Of a DNA stretch of 42,804 nucleotides, positions 35,413-42,804 are shown one piece after another. The stretch is from a virus (taxonomy: Duplodnaviria > Caudoviricetes): positions 1-42,804 of the IMG/VR virus record IMGVR_UViG_3300042262_000097, one strand, 5' to 3'. Below the pieces are notes generated by a model. That model did not search any database, was not told the DNA's origin, and saw only the letters and a program-made list of their open reading frames with translations. Position numbers and translations under genes: made by a program. Numbering within the stretch: position 1 is the first letter of the stretch; each line of letters begins with the position of its first letter.

Positions 35413-37319
35413 CCCTGCTTTCCCCCAAAATGGTTGATCGCGGCCCGCTGACGCCACAGGTATTTGGCGCGAAGGGCGATGGCGTCACCGATGATAGCGC
35501 CGCCTGGGCGGCCTTTCAGGCGGTGGCCGGGCTGAAATTCGTGCCGCCCGGAAACTACCTCGTGAATGGCGCGGTCCTGCAATTCGTGACCGGCTGCTAT
35601 GGCAATGGCGTTTTCAATGACAGCTCGCCGCCGGACTACAACTGGGGGTATTGGGATCAGGTCTGGGGCCAGCGCGAAGGCCACAGCCTGATTACCCATT
35701 TCCGCGATCTGGACGGCAACAGCCCCCCGCCGATCAGCCCGGCTATCAGGCTGCAAACCCGCGTGACCTATTCCTATACGGGCGACCCCAGCGGCGCGCC
35801 GGACTTTGCCCGTGGCGCGGGCATCTACCATGAGCTGATCGGTCAGGGCGATTTCGCCACCGTGGGCGAGGCCCAGACCGGCAATTTCTGGGGGATTGGC
35901 TCGACGGTCCACAACAAATTCGCGGGCCGCATGGGGATGGCCGCGATCATCGGCCGGGCTTGGGACGCAAGGGAAAGCGAAGTCCCGAACATTCGGACAT
36001 ATGGCGCCAGCAAATCGACCGCCGCCGGGTTTCAGGCGCATCGCCGCTCGCTGTTCTCCAGCGGCGCCTATATGATCGCCTGCGAGGCATTCGTTTCCAG
36101 CCGGGCCGATGAAACCCTTGATGTTCCCTACCTGAACGATGACAGCCTCGTCTTCGAGGAAGGCAGCGGCTTCACCACAGCGTTTCACGCCAAAGTATTT
36201 GGCGGGAATGACACCTACAAAGGCGCGCCCGTCACAGCGGGCATGATCATCAGCGGCAACGCGGGCGCCCGGCATGGCTGCTATAATGGTATCGTTGTCG
36301 GCGGTGGCGCCTTCAGGATCAACAATCAGGGCGGCGGCGCACCGGGCACTGTCGGTATCAATCTGGCCAGTCACCGCGAGGGCCGCTATGCCGAAATCGG
36401 GGTGAAGTTTCGCCGCAATCACCGGCATATGTGGTTCCGCGAGGGTGGGCGCATCCAGTCAGCCTTAACCCGCTTCCTCAATGAAAGCGGCGCCTGTGGC
36501 CTGTCCATCGAATGCAGCGGTAATGCCAGCGGCAATTCGCCCTTCTTGTCTTTCAGGGACAGCACCGACAATACGTTCAGCCCGTCGGCGCGCACGATTG
36601 CGCTGGCCGAGGCATTCCCGAGCAACTTCCAATTGACCAGCCAGCTGGGCGAAGTGCGCCTTCAGGCCGAGGGCGGCGCCGGGATCTATGTCGCCACTTC
36701 GTCGCGCTTTGCCCCCGCTATTTCGCAGGACAACACCAAGGCGTTGGGTGGCCCTGACCGGCGCTTTTCCGAGGTCTTTGCCGGGACCGGCACAATCAAC
36801 ACTTCTGACGAGCGGCTGAAAGAGCAGGTAACGGACCTGTCCGATGCCGAACGCCGCGTGGCGCTGGCCTGCCGGGGCCTCATCAAGAAATACAAGTGGC
36901 GGGATGCCGTCATCAGCAAGGGCGCTGATGCCCGCTGGCATTTCGGGATCATCGCGCAGGAGCTTATGGCTGCGTTTGCGGCCGAGGGGCTGGACGCCAT
37001 GGACTATGGCGTGCTGTGTTACGACGAATGGGAGGCCCGCCCGGAACAGGTGCTGACCACCCGCTCCCTCAAAGAACCTGCGGTCTATGAACAGGTTCTG
37101 GTCGCCCCCGAGCGGGCGCAGATGGTCGAGGTTGATCCCGGCGTTTTTGAACAGGAAATCCAGCCCGCCGAGTACCGCGACGGAACGATGATTTCCCCGG
37201 CCACCTATGAAGAAACGACAACCGTTATTCCAGCCGTCGCGGCGGGCAACCGCTATGGCGTGCGCTACGACGAGCTGTCTGTTTTCATCCTGTCCGCGCT
37301 GATCCCGGAGGCCGCGTAA
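35409..37319 (+). CDS. Tailspike 2 with C-terminal S74 intramolecular chaperone
   Basis: N-terminal FGAKGDGVTDDSAA motif; INTSDERLK...HFGIIAQE...RYGVRYDEL. Confidence 0.88.
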   Translation: MTLLSPKMVDRGPLTPQVFGAKGDGVTDDSAAWAAFQAVAGLKFVPPGNYLVNGAVLQFVTGCYGNGVFNDSSPPDYNWGYWDQVWGQREGHSLITHFRDLDGNSPPPISPAIRLQTRVTYSYTGDPSGAPDFARGAGIYHELIGQGDFATVGEAQTGNFWGIGSTVHNKFAGRMGMAAIIGRAWDARESEVPNIRTYGASKSTAAGFQAHRRSLFSSGAYMIACEAFVSSRADETLDVPYLNDDSLVFEEGSGFTTAFHAKVFGGNDTYKGAPVTAGMIISGNAGARHGCYNGIVVGGGAFRINNQGGGAPGTVGINLASHREGRYAEIGVKFRRNHRHMWFREGGRIQSALTRFLNESGACGLSIECSGNASGNSPFLSFRDSTDNTFSPSARTIALAEAFPSNFQLTSQLGEVRLQAEGGAGIYVATSSRFAPAISQDNTKALGGPDRRFSEVFAGTGTINTSDERLKEQVTDLSDAERRVALACRGLIKKYKWRDAVISKGADARWHFGIIAQELMAAFAAEGLDAMDYGVLCYDEWEARPEQVLTTRSLKEPAVYEQVLVAPERAQMVEVDPGVFEQEIQPAEYRDGTMISPATYEETTTVIPAVAAGNRYGVRYDELSVFILSALIPEAA

Positions 37320-37320
37320 C

Positions 37321-37710
37321 ATGAAAGACCAACTTGCAGATCATGCGCGGGACTGGCTGACGCTGGCCTTTGCCGGACTGGGCATCACATTCGCGCCGCA
37401 TGAATGGATCGGCGGCCTGTTCCTCGCCCTGGCAGGGGCCAGCTACGCCCGCCACATTGAGCCGGAACAGGACCGGCGCGAGCTGTGGTCGGTCATGGTC
37501 GCGGCGTTCATTGCCAGCCATGCCGCCGCCATCGCGGTTCAGCGGTGGGCGCCGGGCCTGCCGCTTCAATTGGTCATGCTGGGCGCCGGGTTCTTTTCGC
37601 GGCGTGCGACCCGCTGGGCGCTGCGGCTGGCCGGACTGATCGAGGCGCGCGGCGACCGCATCGCGGATCGCGTGGTGGACCGCATACTGCCACCCGATGA
37701 CAAGGTTTGA
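37321..37710 (+). CDS. Putative holin
   Basis: Several hydrophobic segments; directly upstream of the endolysin. Confidence 0.7.
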   Translation: MKDQLADHARDWLTLAFAGLGITFAPHEWIGGLFLALAGASYARHIEPEQDRRELWSVMVAAFIASHAAAIAVQRWAPGLPLQLVMLGAGFFSRRATRWALRLAGLIEARGDRIADRVVDRILPPDDKV

Positions 37711-37722
37711 TGGAGCTGTCTA

Positions 37723-38373
37723 ATGACGAATTTCAAGGGAGCCGCCCGGCGGCTGGATGATATCGACCTGCCCCGGATCGGACGTTTGATCGGCGTGGGT
37801 GAAGACGAGCTGCACGCGGTCATCGACGTGGAAACCAGCGGCGGCGGTTTCGATGATCAGGGTCGGCCAAAGATGTTGTTCGAGCCGCATGTTTTCTGGC
37901 GCGAGCTGGGCGAGGCGAAGCGCCGCCGCGCTGAAATTCAGGGTCTTGCCTATCCCAAATGGCGCCCCGGCGCCTATCCGCGTGACAGCTATCCCCGCTT
38001 GCTGCTGGCCATGCAGATCGACCGTCCCGCTGCCCTGCGCGCGGCCTCATGGGGCCTTGGACAGATCATGGGTTTCAACTGCAAACTTGCGGGCTATGCC
38101 ACGGCCGAGGATATGGTGGCTGATTTCCTTGATGACGAGGACCGCCACCTTACAGCCATGGTGCGCTTCATCGAAAGCGCCGGTCTTGACGATGACCTGC
38201 GCCGCATCCATGCGCTGGCGCAGCCGTCCACACCCGCTGACTGGGCGCCCTTCGCGCGCGTCTACAACGGCCCCGGCTATGCGACCCATGGCTATCACAT
38301 CAAGCTGGCCGACCGGCATAGCTGGTGGCGCAAGATCCGCGATACGCCCTATGTGCCGGAATGCCGCGCGTGA
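37723..38373 (+). CDS. Endolysin, N-acetylmuramidase (DUF3380-type)
   Basis: VETSGGGF...GRPKMLFEPHVF, SWGLGQIMGFN, FARVYNGPGY. Confidence 0.92.
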   Translation: MTNFKGAARRLDDIDLPRIGRLIGVGEDELHAVIDVETSGGGFDDQGRPKMLFEPHVFWRELGEAKRRRAEIQGLAYPKWRPGAYPRDSYPRLLLAMQIDRPAALRAASWGLGQIMGFNCKLAGYATAEDMVADFLDDEDRHLTAMVRFIESAGLDDDLRRIHALAQPSTPADWAPFARVYNGPGYATHGYHIKLADRHSWWRKIRDTPYVPECRA

Positions 38374-38666
38374 CCCGCATCGGCATCACCTTAGTGGCCG
38401 TCTTGCTGCTGTCTGGCGCGGCCTATCTCTGCGGTCGCAATGACGGCCGGGCGCTGTGCGAGGGCGCCCACGCCGTCGCTCTGGCCCGGGCACAGGCGGC
38501 AACGATCCGCGCCGCCGAGCAGGCCAGCCGCACAGAAGCCGCCCGTCTCGCCCTGCAAGCCGAACGCGACGATCTCGCCCGAGAACTAGAGGATGCCGCC
38601 CATGCGGATGACGATGCCACTGGCGGCCTGCCTCGCAGCCGCGTTGACCGCCTGCGCCAAAGATGA
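38370..38666 (+). CDS. i-spanin (Rz-like)
   Basis: N-terminal TM segment plus coiled coil; GTGA overlap with the endolysin. Confidence 0.75.
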   Translation: MTRIGITLVAVLLLSGAAYLCGRNDGRALCEGAHAVALARAQAATIRAAEQASRTEAARLALQAERDDLARELEDAAHADDDATGGLPRSRVDRLRQR

Positions 38667-38844
38667 GCCGCCGCCGTCGCAGGCTCTGGTGCCGCCGTCG
38701 CTGCTGGTGGGCTGCGCGGCGCCGGTCGATCTGCCGCAGCGCGATCTGACCGGCGCAGAAGTTGAAATTCTCTGGGGTCGCGACCGCAGTGCATTGCGCC
38801 AATGTGGGGATCAGATGCAGGCTCTATCCGACTGGATAGAATAG
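38602..38844 (+). CDS. o-spanin lipoprotein (Rz1-like)
   Basis: Lipobox ALTAC, Pro-rich, WGRDRSALRQC; overlaps the i-spanin. Confidence 0.8.
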   Translation: MRMTMPLAACLAAALTACAKDEPPPSQALVPPSLLVGCAAPVDLPQRDLTGAEVEILWGRDRSALRQCGDQMQALSDWIE

Positions 38845-38910
38845 AACGCAAGACACCTATATTGCGAAACACCATAATAAGTAACACATTGAAATTAAAC
38901 ACAATTTTGG

Positions 38911-38959
38911 TGACTGTTAATCAATTGGTCGTAGGTTCGATCCCTACCGCCGGAGCCAA
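38911..38959 (+). repeat. attR core (49 bp, tRNA-Asn 3' half)
   Basis: Identical to 435-483. Confidence 0.95.
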
Positions 38960-39235
38960 TACCCATTGATTTCATTGGGAAAATTGGCAGCACCACAAAC
39001 CTACTAACAACCTACACACAGTTCTTTCGTGCCTTTTATGGGGCTGCGAAGGGCTGGAAGTAGTCACGCGAACGTGAACGGCTTGCCTTGTCCTAAGACT
39101 TCGACAAACGTTCCGATGCCTGCTTCGACGCAACTTCGAAGGCGTTGCGACAGCGTTCATAGCCTAGAATGCCGAAAATCTTCATGCTAGCCTTCGTGAG
39201 TAGTTTGAACCCAAAATTCGGCGGAGTAGACCTTC

Positions 39236-39766
39236 ATGGCGACGTATGCATACATTGATAATTCAAACATCTACATTGAAGGATGCCGCGTATCCGCTGT
39301 TAAAAAGGGACTAGCCAAGAACATCTACGACGCGATGGGTAGCGGAATTGTAGATCACACTTGGCAACTGGATTACGGCAGACTTTATGATTTTCTTTGC
39401 GCCGAAGGTGACGTGGCAAGGTTGTGGGGATCACCACCGCCCGGCGATACGTTTTGGGACATGCTGAAAAGAAAAGGATTTAATCCAACGGTTTACGACA
39501 AGAACTTCGCCAATCAAGAAAAGAAGGTTGACGTTGCAATCGCGCATAGAATTACAAAAGACGCCTATTCTATGATGGATCGAACGAAAGACGAAATTTT
39601 ACTTGTGGCGGGCGATACCGACTACGTTCCAGTCATAACCGATCTAATTTCGGAAGGCTTCAAAGTTGAAATAGCCTTCTGGGACCATCTTGCGCGCGAA
39701 TTGAAAGAAGTTTCGACCAAGCACATACCGTTGAATGCCCATCACGATCACCTAACTAGGAAGTGA
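39236..39766 (+). CDS. NYN (PIN-like) domain nuclease
   Basis: YIDNSN, EKKVDV, LVAGDTDY acidic motifs intact; GGAG RBS; AT-rich. Confidence 0.9.
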   Translation: MATYAYIDNSNIYIEGCRVSAVKKGLAKNIYDAMGSGIVDHTWQLDYGRLYDFLCAEGDVARLWGSPPPGDTFWDMLKRKGFNPTVYDKNFANQEKKVDVAIAHRITKDAYSMMDRTKDEILLVAGDTDYVPVITDLISEGFKVEIAFWDHLARELKEVSTKHIPLNAHHDHLTRK

Positions 39767-39790
39767 AAGTGTTGCTTCGAAACTTGGCAT

Positions 39791-39826
39791 AAAAAAGACC
39801 CCCGAAACCTTGCGGTAACGGGGGTC
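39791..39826 (-). terminator. Intrinsic terminator between convergent genes
   Basis: A6-GACCCCCG...CGGGGGTC. Confidence 0.65.
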
Positions 39827-39858
39827 AGGTTGCTTCCTACTGGCCTTGAGGAAGATCG

Positions 39859-40734
39859 TTAGAAGGCGGCTGCGGGGATGCCCACAAGGGGCGCGTCGGG
39901 GTCGATACCCGCAGCGGTGCAGGCTTGGCGCATGGTAGCCCCTGCGGCGACCCGCAGCACGGCTACAGGCGGGAAATCGGGCCGTCCTGCCCCTGCCAGC
40001 CAAGCGACGTGCTGCGCCCTGTCCGCAAGCCGTTGCTGGCCCAAGGGTTCGCCCCATGTGGGCACATAGCCCGGCGCTAGGGTGAACAGGAGCAGACAGC
40101 CCGCAGGCGCTTCCGGCGGCACGTCGTCAAGCCCGACCGTGACCAATTCCCCGAACGGCCCCCGAAGGACCAAGTCGCCCTTGGGGCTGCGGTCGTTCTG
40201 CGACGAAGCTGCAAGCCATGCGGCGATTTCGGCTGCGGCGGTCATTGACCTTCCCCCAAGATACGCCCAAAGTTCGGCAAGCCTTTCGTTGCAATCAATG
40301 ATTGGGCCGGGGCGATGAACGTCGCCCGTCATGGTCATGTATCGACCCGACGAATAGATTTCGACTTGCTTCGTCTTTCGCCCCTTGGGAACGAAACCCT
40401 TGACGACGATATGCAAACCGCGACCGCTTGGGCTGATTTCGGCATAGCCGGGGAACTGTTCTAGGACAGCCCTTTGCAGTTCGGTCGGTTCTTCGCCGGG
40501 CTTTACGTCAAGGTCAATCAACGTGTAGGGGTCGCGTTCGGTCAGAACGAAGCCGATGCCTGCGACCCTGCCAGCGGCATACAGTTCACAAGCCTGTTCG
40601 AACGTCCCCCAAGTCGTCGGGTCGGTCGAAGACGCCAAGTGCAGGGTGTGAGGGTTGACAGGCTCTTTCGCTTGGTTGCGACAAACCCATTGGTCAAAGT
40701 CTTTCAGTTCTTGCGGGATATTCTGCGGGTTCAT
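39859..40734 (-). CDS. AEP-family primase-polymerase domain protein
   Basis: IPQELK..DQWV, STDPTTW, GIGFVL, IDLD, YAEISPSGRGLH, EIYSSGRY.T.TG. Confidence 0.82.
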   Translation of the reverse strand: MNPQNIPQELKDFDQWVCRNQAKEPVNPHTLHLASSTDPTTWGTFEQACELYAAGRVAGIGFVLTERDPYTLIDLDVKPGEEPTELQRAVLEQFPGYAEISPSGRGLHIVVKGFVPKGRKTKQVEIYSSGRYMTMTGDVHRPGPIIDCNERLAELWAYLGGRSMTAAAEIAAWLAASSQNDRSPKGDLVLRGPFGELVTVGLDDVPPEAPAGCLLLFTLAPGYVPTWGEPLGQQRLADRAQHVAWLAGAGRPDFPPVAVLRVAAGATMRQACTAAGIDPDAPLVGIPAAAF

Positions 40735-40780
40735 CTTCGGCCTGTTAGTAGCGCATGAGTAAAGCAGGCACATTGCGCCC

Positions 40781-41389
40781 TTCCGGCACCCGATCTGGAC
40801 GGGGTGCAGGTCAACGTCGCGGCGCCATGAGCGCGGCAACATCGTAGAGGCGGATGGGCTCTACTGGGGGCCAATCCTGGCTGGCTACAGCGGCGTCCGG
40901 CGGGAGGAAGTTCTCGGGCTGGAACCCCGTGATGTCGTGTCCGTCGACGGAATTCCCTGCTTTCACATCCGCGACAACATGCACTGCGGGGTCAAGACCT
41001 TCAGCACGGAGCGCCTGGTTCACATCCACGAGCACCTGATCGAGCTGGGCTTTCTCAAACATGTTGAAGATATGCGTCAGCGAGGCGCCTCGGCCCTCTT
41101 CCCCGAGTTGATCGCGACAAATGAGAGCCAGTCCTTCGGTGACAAGATCTATTACAACTGGGCGAAGGCGTTGGTGCTACAGCTGGACGGCAACCCGAGG
41201 GAGCTCTGCTTCCACTCGTTCCGCCATTATGCCATCGCCCACCTGAAGGAGTTGCCCGAGGTCAGCGAGAAGCAGCGCCGTGACCTAGTCGGGCACAGCG
41301 GCGGTGACGTGCATGACGAGCAATATGATGTCGCCACGTCGATGACCGTGATGAGTGGCGTGGTCGCGAAGCTGCCGCGATTGTTCTGA
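40781..41389 (+). pseudogene. 5'-truncated tyrosine integrase (catalytic domain only)
   Basis: FRHPIWTGC...YWGPILAGYSGVRREE...VKT...FHSFRH...LVGH...YD; in-frame stop just upstream, no N-terminal domains. Confidence 0.85.
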
Positions 41390-41419
41390 CGCGCTGACGA
41401 CATAAATGCCTTACGGGCC

Positions 41420-41622
41420 TATCCATTCCGCGCCTGTCGTCATCAACATTCTCGCCCGACGACGCGACCCGGCCCCGCCGCCACTTCTACTGACCCACAC
41501 CGCGCTGCGCCTGACCCACGAACCCGTGGCCGATTGCGCTCGCTACGACAGCCTCAGGAGGACCAGCCGACATGGAACGCACCCAGATCTTAGACCTGAT
41601 GGGCAGCCTCAAGCTCTACGGG
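41420..41622 (+). pseudogene. IS21 remnant (istA 3' end + istB 5' end)
   Basis: HSAPVVINILARRRDP...EPVADCARYDSLR followed by MERTQILDLMGSLKLYG. Confidence 0.8.
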
Positions 41623-42444
41623 ATCGGGGCATGCAACCAGCTGGGCAGATTGGACCCTGCCATCACGCGACCTGGCCGGTTTGACCAGATCCAGCGAATG
41701 CCACTTCCGTCGCTTGCAGATATCAGGCTGATCCTGGGCAAGGTGCTGGAGGCTAAGCTGCCGGAAAACGAGATCGACACGCTGGCCCGCGCCGCCACGG
41801 GCAAGACCCCCGCCGAACTCGATGCCGCATTGCGTGCCGCCACCGCGGACGCGCGGCGGCAACGGCTGCCCATGTCATCCGACCTGATGCGCCGACACCT
41901 CGGGATCGATCGGCCCAACCCGGCGCTTCTGCGTCGTATCGCGGTCCGCGAAGCCGGTCACGCGCTTGCCGCCGAACTGCTGATGCCAGGCTCTGTCGTA
42001 AAGCTCAGCCTCTCTGACCGCGACGGTCGGGCCGAACGCCGTTCGACCTTCGTCGAGCTGACGGTCGAGGAGATCGAAAGAGAGCTGCTGATCCTGATGG
42101 CCGGTCGCGCGGCTGAGAGGCTGGTGCTTGGCACGATCTCCGGCGGCGCAGGTGGAGACAGTGAGAGCGATCTTGCCTTGGCCACAGGGCTAATTCTGCA
42201 AATGGACCGAGAGCTGGGCCTTGACCGCAATGGCGATGGCTGGCTGGGGCCTGCCGACATGCACAGGCTGACCGAGGAGGAGAAGCAGAGGGTGCGGGCG
42301 AAGCTGGGTCAGGCCATGAACCACGCTGCGAAACTCCTCACGCCACACATCGACCAGCTAGATGAAGTGGCAGCCGCGCTCATCGACGTCCGAGAGCTCC
42401 ACGGCGCGGCTGATCGCCGGACCGGATCGAGAACCCAAACTTAG
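41623..42444 (+). pseudogene. FtsH-like AAA+/peptidase M41 C-terminal fragment
   Basis: ACN...LDPAITRPGRFD, REAGHA (His of HExxH lost), MAGRAAE, SDL..AT; Walker A/B missing; in frame with the istB start at 41572. Confidence 0.8.
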
Positions 42445-42605
42445 TCGTAGCTAACCTCCGGGAACTGCTTGGACCGTGCGACCAAACTGGATAACCTTCC
42501 CCTGTGCTACAACTGTAGCACATCGACGTAACACAGACAGCGACCCGCGCAGCGCAAATGAAAGCGTTTTCAATGGCTTAAAATGCGGTCGAATTTTGCT
42601 CCGCG

Positions 42606-42628
42606 CCCTACCGCCGGAGCCAAAAATC
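42606..42628 (+). repeat. Third tRNA-Asn 3'-end copy (att of the older element)
   Basis: CCCTACCGCCGGAGCCAAAAATC, identical to 466-488. Confidence 0.88.
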
Positions 42629-42647
42629 TCTAGGATTTCAGCTCCTT

Positions 42648-42674
42648 ACAAAGCCTCCTCACGGGGGCTTTTGT
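42648..42674 (+). terminator. Intrinsic terminator, probably the displaced original tRNA terminator
   Basis: ACAAAGCCTCC-TCAC-GGGGGCTTTTGT. Confidence 0.65.
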
Positions 42675-42804
42675 GGTTCTGAAGGCTGCGGAAGTTAGGC
42701 TTAAGGGCCTGCGGTGCCAGGCCAGCAGGATTGATGCCGTCGGGCGCGGTCACATCATCTGCGCCGTCCGATGCGGCTGTACGCGCCTCCAGCCTCCGGC
42801 CCCT

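Larger units (their letters stand above)
435..38959. mobile_element. Temperate podovirus-type prophage (~38.5 kb) integrated in tRNA-Asn
   Basis: Bounded by a 49-bp direct repeat of the tRNA 3' half; contains integration, immunity, replication, packaging, head, tail and lysis modules. Confidence 0.96.
38960..42628. mobile_element. Decayed integrative element in tandem at the same tRNA
   Basis: Lies between the second and third tRNA 3'-end copies; carries integrase, IS21 and AAA-protease fragments. Confidence 0.75.

Noticed and set aside
32837-38911. Diversity-generating retroelement, considered because the structural module is BPP-1-like
   Set aside because: No reverse transcriptase ORF and no TR/VR repeat pair with adenine-specific mismatches seen
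38911-38959. Second tRNA gene
   Set aside because: Lacks the 5' acceptor strand and D arm; it is the att duplication
42675-42804. Host gene end at the right edge
   Set aside because: Too short to assign a frame or product

Overview
GC-rich alphaproteobacterial DNA (probably Rhodobacteraceae-like; inferred from composition, gene content and an alpha-type LexA box). After the 3' end of an MBL-fold hydrolase gene and tRNA-Asn(GTT), a ~38.5 kb prophage with a near-complete gene set is integrated in the tRNA, bounded by a 49-bp direct repeat (435-483 / 38911-38959). It is a temperate podovirus-type phage with a lambda-like cI/cro switch, integrase and Xis, a TOPRIM primase, a frameshifted helicase and an iteron-rich putative origin. 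It also has TerS/TerL, a T7/BPP-1-like portal, capsid, tail tube and ejection proteins, two tailspikes, and holin/endolysin/spanins. A second, decayed ~3.7 kb element follows in tandem (NYN nuclease, AEP primase, integrase, IS21 and FtsH-like fragments) and ends at a third tRNA 3'-end copy. Main leads: (1) a cassette between terL and the portal with a clear Tad2/DUF2829 gene flanked by two more candidate nucleotide-signal sponge genes, an acidic protein and GapR; (2) a CI whose self-cleavage Ser-Lys dyad appears substituted, together with a perfect LexA box in front of an orphan 70-aa gene at attL (candidate new SOS antirepressor); (3) an ejection protein that fuses a muramidase to a DdrB-like ParB domain. 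Family calls come from motif recognition by eye; no searches were run.
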